Source of the DNA: Hemiscyllium ocellatum
Lineage: Eukaryota
NCBI RefSeq assembly: GCF_020745735.1
Contig: NC_083411.1
Span: 98,442,328 to 98,506,327, forward strand
Length of the DNA: 64,000 nt
Direction of reading: 5' to 3'
Shown here: positions 51,501 to 60,500 of the stretch, in pieces
How positions within the stretch are numbered: the first letter of the stretch is position 1
How the letters are laid out: each line of letters opens with the position of its first letter
The notes under the pieces: generated by a model
What the model was told of the DNA's origin: nothing
Databases searched by the model: none
The model's input: only the letters and a program-made list of their open reading frames with translations
Position numbers and translations under genes: made by a program

Positions 51501-54500
51501 TCACTATCGTGTTGTCACAGTCATCCGGGATTTGGACAGATTTAGACAGATCCAATTTCACATTTGGACAGATTTGAATAGATTTGGGGTCCGAAGGATC
51601 CCAGCAGATTTCGACACTTACCAATTAGTGTCCAGCTTGTTTAAATAAAATGTATGTGAGAGAAATTTGCCCAGTAAGTTAGAGATCACAAAACACAGCT
51701 CGAAGTGAAATTGACAGTTTATTGCAAGCGATGTCGCTGGAGGAGAAGACAGACCAGCTGATGCAGAACTGACAGTCTGCACAAAGAATTTGATTTCTCC
51801 TCCCAGAGCTGAGGATGAGACCAGTTTTGTAGTAATGCTGCACAATGACACTGATTAAGAAATGGGAAACTACAATGTTTCTGGAAAAGGAGTAATTTAA
51901 GTTGCAAGGATGCTAATTGGAAAACAGTTTATCAGATGAATATCCTGTTCCTTCAGACAATGCAACATCCTGACAGTATCATGGTTCCATTCATCTTCAC
52001 AGGTAGGTGTTAAAGTCTTTTCTGAAGTGGTGAGATGCTTCCATTGTCCTGTGGTGCCTGTCTGTCGGTCCTGCTCTTTGTGTGGCTTTGGTGTTGCTGA
52101 ATCTGCCCTTACGGTTTTGAGATCTCTCGTCATGTCCCTGGGTGCTTAAAGCGTATTCCATTGTCTGCGTGCTGTCTGACCCAATTCGTGAGCTGCTCGG
52201 GAATTCTGGGTGTCCTGGTATAATTTGGCCTATCGTGGATTAGCAAATCTTTTCCCACAATGTAAATGAGACAATTTGTTTAAATTTTAGTTACGTATGA
52301 TCGGTTAAATTACAAGTAAGAGAAGTGGCTTTGAAAATTGCTGAAGATGTTCTGGGGTTTGAAGATGATTCCCAAATTTGCCAAGAAATTTTACAAGGAC
52401 AGAAAAAGGCCATACTTTTAGTATGAGGAAAGAGGTTAGAATTGGGTTTAACCAAGGACAAAAATAAAGCTAAAATTGTAAGGGAGTTAGTCAAGCACTC
52501 GGGTGTGTCAGAGAAACAGACAAGTGCAGTAGAGTTAGAAAAACTTCAATTATAGTTGAGGAAAATGGAGTTGGAAGATAAAGGAAGAGAGAAAGCAAGA
52601 GCGGAAAAAGAGTAGGTTCTTAGCTGAGGATGAGAAAGAGAGAGAAGAAAGGGAGAGAGGAAGAGAGCAAAAAGAGGAAAGGAGAGAGAATTTGAGCTTG
52701 AGATATTGTGACTTAGTCAGGAAAGTCAAGTTAACAGGATGGAGATGAAGAAAGAAGATAGTGATTAAAAAATAAATACGTTAAAACATTACCACTTTTT
52801 GATGAGAAAGATATCAAAGCCTTCATTTCATTTGAAAAATCTGCTAGGCAGATGGAATGGTCAGAGAACTTGTGGAAATACCAGTTCAGAATAATGTGGT
52901 AGGCAGAGCTAGTGAGGTATTTGCAGATGAGGAGTCAAGAGATAATGAAGAAGTTAAACAGGCTATTTTAAGTGCTTATGATTTGGTACCAGAAATGTAT
53001 CGACTGCAGTTCAGAAACATGAAGGAACCAGGCCAGACTTGCGTTGAGTTTGAAAGAATTAAACATAGTCAATTTGATGGGTGTGGGCTTGAAAAATTGG
53101 TAAGACCTGTGAGGCAGATCATTCTGCCGGAGGAGCTTTTAAACACTCTCCCAACGATGATAAGAATTCATGTGGATGTACAGTAAGTTCAAGAAGTAAG
53201 AAAAGTGGCAGAGATGGCAGGTGAATATGCATTGGTGCAAAAGGCAAAGTTTAGCTTCTAAAATAACTTCATCCTGTGAGGCATAGAAATTGGGATAAGG
53301 GGAGATCCTATAGTACAAAACAAAAAGTAGAGCATGCTGGTAATAGTTTACCACAGGTTAAAAATGAAATCAAAGGTGGTGAAAGACCTCCTGTTTTTAC
53401 TGTGGTAAAGTGGGACACGTAAAGTCTTAGTGCTGGTTGTTAAATAAAGGCACTGTGGGAAAAGATGTTGTAAAAGAGCTAGCCAGTGGCATTAGTGAAA
53501 GTGGTAAAGGAAACCCCAAGAAAAGTCGAGGAGCTGCATGAGAGTGTGCAGCCTAGTCAGGGGCTGGGTATGGAGTTAGTGCCTGATCAGACTTTGCTTC
53601 TGTTGGTAAAGTTTACTCAGAAAGAACAGGGGGAAAAGGGAAAGAAGTTATAATTTTGAGAGGTACCGGATATAACCAATCTCTAACAGTAAGAGATGCA
53701 TGTATTTGCACTCTTTCTGATCTGTTACCTGAGAGAACAGTAATTTGTGGGATAGATGGACAGAAATTTAGCAGTCCCTTATGTAAGATCAAGTTGGAGT
53801 GCCAGCTGAAAACTAGGGAAGTAACAGTGGGAGTGATTGATGCGGGTTGAGTTATGATATTTAAAAGACACTTAGATAAGTGTTCAACTAAGAAATGTTT
53901 GGAGGGCTATGGGCAAGCATAGGCAGGTGGGACTTGTTTAGTTGGGCTTGGCGTCAGCATGGGATGGTTGGAGCAAAGCCTCTGTTTCTGTGCTGTCTGA
54001 CTCTAGCAGTCTGGAGAGATTAAATGCAGTTGAACATTGTGGAATGGGTAGGCAGAATTTAAGCATCTTAGCCGTTGCACTGTATAATGGAAGGAGTCTG
54101 CAGTCGGCGTAGCATTTGAGTAGATTGGAGTTAAAAATCACACAACACTGGATTATAGTCCAACAGGTTTAATTGGAAGCACACTAGCTTTCGGAGCGAC
54201 GCTCCTTCATCTGGTGTTATGATCGAACCCTCCACTATCACCTGATGAAGGAGCGTTGCTCCGAAAGCTAGTGTGCTTCCAATCTCCCTCATCCATCTTC
54301 AGAGTTACATCCTCAAAAAATTCCAGAAGATTAGTCAAGCATGATTTCCCCTTCATAAATCCATGCTGACTCTGACCTATCCTGTTACTACTATCCAGAT
54401 GTGTCGTAATTTCATCCTTTACAATAGACTCCAGCATCTTTCCCACCACTGAGGTCAGACTAACTGGTCTATAATTTTCTGCTTTCTCTCTCCCACCTTT

Positions 54501-57500
54501 CTTAAAAAGTGGAACAACATTAGCCACCCTCCAATCCGCAGGAACTGATCCTGAATCTATCGAACTCTGGAAAATAATCTCCAATGCATTCATGATTTCT
54601 TGAGCCACTTCCTTCAGTACCCTGGGATGTAGACCATCAAGCCCCGGGGACTTATCAACCTTCAGACCTAACAGTCTCTCCAACACCAATTCCTGGCAAA
54701 TATAAATTCCCTTCAGTTCAGGTCCTTCAGCCACTGTTACCTCAGGGAGATTGTTTGTGTCTTCCCCAGTGAACACAGATCTGAAGTACCAATTCAATTC
54801 TTCTGCCATTTCTTTGTTCCCCGTAATATATTCCCCTGTTTCTGTCTTCAAGGGCCCAATTTTAGTCTTAACCATTTTTTTGCCTTTTACATACCTAAAA
54901 AAACTTTTACTATCCTCTTATATTATTGGCCAGTTTACCTTCGTACCTCATTTTTTCTCTGCGTATTTCCTTCTTAGTAATCCTCTGTTGTTCTTTAAAA
55001 GCTTCCCAGTCCTCCGTTTTCCCACGTATCTTTGCTATGTTGTACTTTTTCCCTTTTAACTTTATATGTTTCTTAACTTCCCTCGTCAACCACGGTCACC
55101 CATGCCTCCCACTAGGATCTTTCTTCCTTTTTGGAATGAACTGATCCTGCAACATCTGCATTCCAGTAGATTCCAGAGCACAGGCATGTGAAGCTGGGGT
55201 GAGGTCTGCAGGGAGTGGATTGTTTTAGGGAGAGAGGAGGGTAATGTGTTTTTCAGTGCCCTCCCCCTAAAATTGCCAGGGCTCTCAATCAGTTGCAAAG
55301 TGCCTGTAAACAAGGGCTACCCACAGTGAGATTGCAAGCACACTGCTCAGTTTTCTGGGCAGTGTTGGAAGTCAATGTGTAAGCCATGGATGAGAGTTCC
55401 AGGAAATTAAGTCACCATTGTATTCTAGTCAATATAGAAATAATTGGTTTTGGTGGCTCATTAATGAACCTAATTGCCTTCCAAATACTAGTAAAAGTGC
55501 AAAACATATGGTACAGATGGTAGAAATCTAAAACAAAAGCAGCAAACAATACAAGTGATCAGCTGGTCAGGCAATTTCTTTGGAACGAGCAGTATGCTTA
55601 AGATTGTCGTTCCAGCATTTTCCGTATCATAATGAAACTAGAACCAACTTCTGCACATAGGGAAATAAAAGACCAGGAGCACTGAGACAGCATATTTGTG
55701 TCTTTGAAATGCTGTTAAAGGTTTAATGTCATTGTAGTGAACAGCAACTGAAATCAATTGTTGGTTTAGGGGATGGATTTAACTAGAATGAGTTATTTGA
55801 AACATTGTGGTAATCATAATTGATCACAACGTATGATGAAGTAGATGTGTGGCATGTTTGGAGTTCTAACACGTCTTGGAGTCAACTTGTATTTATAAAA
55901 TAGAAACACTGAATCACTTTTTTTATTATTGAAGTTCGCTATTTTAGTTGTAGCTGGTGTTTTTTCCCCTATGTCCACCCATTGTCAAGTCAATGTTGCT
56001 AAACTACTGGCAAAAACACCAGTGTGACAATATGAAATAACTAGGTTATCATTTTTTTTCCTTGTAATAAAGGTTGAAGAATATGCCATTAATTTGTGGA
56101 ACTGGGCAGTAACCAAAAGACTAGAATCCTCAATTAATGATGAACAAAGGACACAATGTAAGTAATTATTTATTATTCTGTTTGTATATTTGTATATTCC
56201 CTTTAATTTTTCTTTCCTTAGTTTTGTCCAGAAATGAAATGCTTTAGTCCTTGGTCTGATCCTTGCTATAAAACAACTACTAGAAAGTTTTTTTTATGAT
56301 CTAATTTTCCTTTGTTTGCTATTTTTATGGACCAGACCAGAATCTAACTTCTGTAATTATTTAAAAGCAAGTCTAAAGTGCTGTGTTCCAAATATGGTTT
56401 GATTGGTCCACCACTAAACTTTAATCAAAACTCAGTTAAAACGTAAAAAAATTGGCCTAAGTTTAATTCTATTGAAATACTTACAAAGATAATGCACTAT
56501 TTAACCACTAATCATCATTTGTTAGAATATAGGCAGCATTCCACAAGCACACCCTTTGTCAAAAATGCAATTCAGCAAAACAGTTCTGGTTTCTCTCCAG
56601 TCCAGAAGACTGAAACAATCTGCCCCTTTTGATTTTGCAGAGGAAGCTTTGCTGTCTAAGACTTCACTTTAGCAGCTAGGAACTCAAACTTTTAGCTCAG
56701 CAGTCAGCATAAGCCTTCTCACTAACTGAAAGTCAACCTAAAAGTCTTACTGGGTCTATATGAGCTCTGACCCCATCCACTCATCGTTCTTTCATCTTAG
56801 TACAAAAACAAATACCCAGGGAGAAGTCAAAAATTGTTTACCGACTTTTGAAGGAGACATTTTGGGCATCAGTATGGCAACACCTCTCTACACGAGAAAC
56901 AGGACGGAACACGTCTCTGTCTAAGGCACTAAACTGTCACCTATAAACCGCATAGTTTACTAGGATGGATGCAAAGGTCAGTTCATTTTTCTTGGGATAT
57001 GTTGCAAACTCCAGCTTGTGTCTCTTCAATGTGCATCTGTTGCCCTTCTGGTCCGTTTGCAAGCCACTTCAGAAATATTTTCAGTCATAAACTGATTTTT
57101 AGCCTTGTTATTCTTGATACGAATTGAATCATACAGTCATATGCAGTTTTAGATTAGATGAGATTTCTTAGTGTGGAAACAGACCCTTCGGCCCAACAAG
57201 TCCACACCAACCCGCCGAAACGCAACCCACCCAGACCCATTCCCCTACATTTACCCCTTCACCAACTTACATGGCCAATTCACCAAACATGCACATTTTT
57301 GGACTATGGGAGGAAACCAGAGCACACGGAGGAAACCCACTCAGACACGGGCAGAATGTGCAAACTCCACACAGGCAGTTGCCCGATGTGGGAATCGAAC
57401 CTGGGTCTCTGTCACAGTGAGGCAGCAGTGCTAACCACTGTGCCACCGTGCCGCCCACGAAGTATACCAAATATAAATCACAGCGATGGAGCAAGGTATG

Positions 57501-60500
57501 CACTTATCGGTGAGCAGAGGCAGTTCACCTCGCGAGGCACTGTGATGATGCTACTCCTGTAACAAGGTTATTCTGACCCTGATTTTTTCAAAGGGGATTG
57601 TAAGTGGTAGCGGTTCTGATTTGGCTGGTGTAAACCCTTTGATTATGGCTAACAGAAACTGCGTCAGGCAAAAAGCTTTCAAAACACTTGTTCTAGGTAA
57701 GGGGAGTGGTCAGTTCTCCCAGCTCAGGTTTTAACAAGCAGTCCTGTACAAAGCTGATGGTCAAGTTTTAGCTGGGGACCCAAAGAACTAGCTCCACACT
57801 GATCCTCTCTCTCTCTGACATCTCTCCTGTAAGAATCTGTTTGATATTACTTTTTTTGCCAAGGGGGTGTTTAATGCGGATAACTAAATTACGATAGAAT
57901 TAATTAGGTTTTCACATAGGTTAAGTTATTCTAAATTCTGTTCTCTATTGTTCGTGTTTCATTCAGTAGTCTGTAAATGAATTCTATATTTTTTTAAATT
58001 GAGTGGTTCGGCCAGCTGCATCACTTCTGGAATATCCATTCCCACCTGCTTAAAACAACCAAAAAATGTTTTGAGGGTTTCTGACCTAGTCTATAGCAAG
58101 CAAATTTAGCAGCTCGCAGCCAGCTGCACTGAAATGTAAAACGAAATTGGAATTACATCACAGGAAAGTAGTGAGTTCAAGGGTTCGTAAAGACTTACCA
58201 TCAGGGCCTGTTTTTAAACAACCATAAAATAGAAAAGTATAATGTTAAGGGATTACACGTTGTTCTGCTGTAAAGTGCATTTTGTCAGCGTGAATTGGCT
58301 TTGTTGTGGTAAGTTGTGGATGTTGTTTACATAACGCAAACTATAGTGGGTTTTCCATAGCGCGATCTTCTATAGTGTGAGGTTGCAGAAGAGCATGATT
58401 GTTGTGTTATAACAGAATGTAATTTAGAGGCACCATAGAGTTGTGGAGATGTACAGCACAGAAGCAGACCCTTCAGTCCAACTCGTTCATGCTGACCAGA
58501 TATCCTAACTTAATCTCGTCCTATTTGCCAGCACTTGGCCCATATCCCTGTAAACCCTTCCTATTCATATACCCATCCAGATGCCTTTTAAATGTTGTAA
58601 TTGTACCAACCTCCACCACTTCCTCTGACAGCTCCTTTCATACATGCACCACCCTCTGCATGAAAAAAGTTACCATTTAGGTTCCTTTTAACTTTTTTCC
58701 CTCTCACCCTAAACTTATGTCCTCTACATCTGTACTCCATGCCAGGGAAAATACCTTGTCTGTTTACCTTATCCATGCCCCTCATGATTTTATAAACTTC
58801 TATAAGATCACCGCTCTGCCTCTGATGCTCCAGGGAAAACAGTCCCAGCCTATTCAACCTCTCCCTGCAGCTCTCATCCTCCAACCCTGGCAGCATCCTT
58901 ATAAATCTTTTCTGAACCCTTTCACGTTTCACAACAAAAGTCGGGAAGTAGTAATAATAATAATAATAAGTATTAGTAGGTTTTAAAAAGTCAAAGTAGA
59001 ATTTGACTGGAGGTTAGTGGTGATGGTGTCCTGTTCTGTTCTTGGGTAGTTTGTAGTATCTTGCTCTTTGTAGTTTTTATAAATGATTTGGATGAAGAGG
59101 TTGAGGGGTGGGTTAGTAAATTTGCTGATGACACCAAGGTTGGAGGTACTGCTGATATTATCAAGGGCTGTTATAGGCTGCAGCGTGACATAGATAGGAT
59201 GCAGACCTGGGCTGAGAAATGGCAGATGGAGTTCAACCTGGATAAATGCAAAGTGATGCATTTTGGAAGGTCGAACTTGAATGCTGAATATAGGATTAAA
59301 GACAGGATTCTTGACAGTGTGGAGGAACAGCGGGATCTTGGTGTTCAAGTGCATAAATCCCTCAAAGTTACCACCCAAATGGATAGGGTTGTTAAGAAAG
59401 CATATGGTGTCTTGGCTTTCATTAACAGGAGGATAGAGTTTAAGAGCCACAAGGTTTTTCTGCAGCTTTACAAAACCCTGGTGAGACCACACTTGGAATA
59501 TTCTGATCAGTTCTGGTTGCCCTATTGTAGGAAAGATATGGAGGCTTTGGAGATGGTGTAAAGAAGATGGTGCAAAGTCCAGGATGCTGCCTGGACTGGA
59601 AAGTGTGTCTTACGAAGAGAGGCTGACTAAACTCGGACTTTCCTCTCCGGAGAGGAGGAGGAAGAGAAGTGACCTGATCGAGGTGTACAAGGTAATGAGA
59701 GGCATGGCTAGAGTTGATAGCCAGAATTTCCCCAGGGCAGCATTGACTGGCACGAGGGGATCAGAGTTTTAAGGTGTTAGAAGGAAGGTATAGAGGAGAC
59801 GTCAGACATAGATTCTTTACCAGAAAGTTGTGAATGCAAGGAATGTATTGCCAGCGGCAGTGGTGGAAGCAGAGTCATGAGCGACATTTAAGTGACTGTT
59901 GGACATGCACATGGACAGCAATGAATTGAGCGGTGCGTAGGTTACATTATTTGATTTTAGATAAGGAATAATCCTTGGCAAAACATCATGGGCCAAAGGG
60001 CCTGTTCTCTGCTGTACCTTTCTATGTGTTTCTATCTTCTAGAATAGTAGGGTACTAAAATTCAGATTGGGGAGTATTTTTAAAAGTGTATTTAAGACAT
60101 ATGGCAGGTGAGGTCAAATGCGTGGAATTTGTGATATGTGGAAAGTCTGGAGCCTGCCTGTGTCTTAAATGATCACAAATACAGGAAGTGCTCTCAATTG
60201 CAGAAACTCTAGGTTTCCAGAAATTCAAGAAGCAGCTGGAGACACTCTGGTGCAGTGGCCGAGAGTTGTGTGGGGATAGCATGTTTAGAGAAGTGGTCAT
60301 GCCTCAAAGGACTGGAAGAAGAAAAGGAATGGGTGACTGCAAGGCAGTCCAAGAGAAACAGGCAACTGATACATGAGTCCCTTGTGATCCCAGTGACAAA
60401 CCGGTTTTCCATTTTGAAGGCTGATGGCGCTGGCTCCTGCAGAGAGTGCAGACATAGTCAAGTTTCTGGCTTTCACCAGACAACAATCTTGACTGTACAG

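Noticed and set aside
54207-54875. 222-aa RT-like ORF as an active or domesticated gene
   Set aside because: Internal CR1 fragment that lacks the catalytic FADD region and runs into an unrelated repeat.
58436-60035. Back-to-back CR1 pieces as a twin-priming 5' inversion
   Set aside because: Both pieces have their own 3' ends and differ in sequence, so they are independent insertions.
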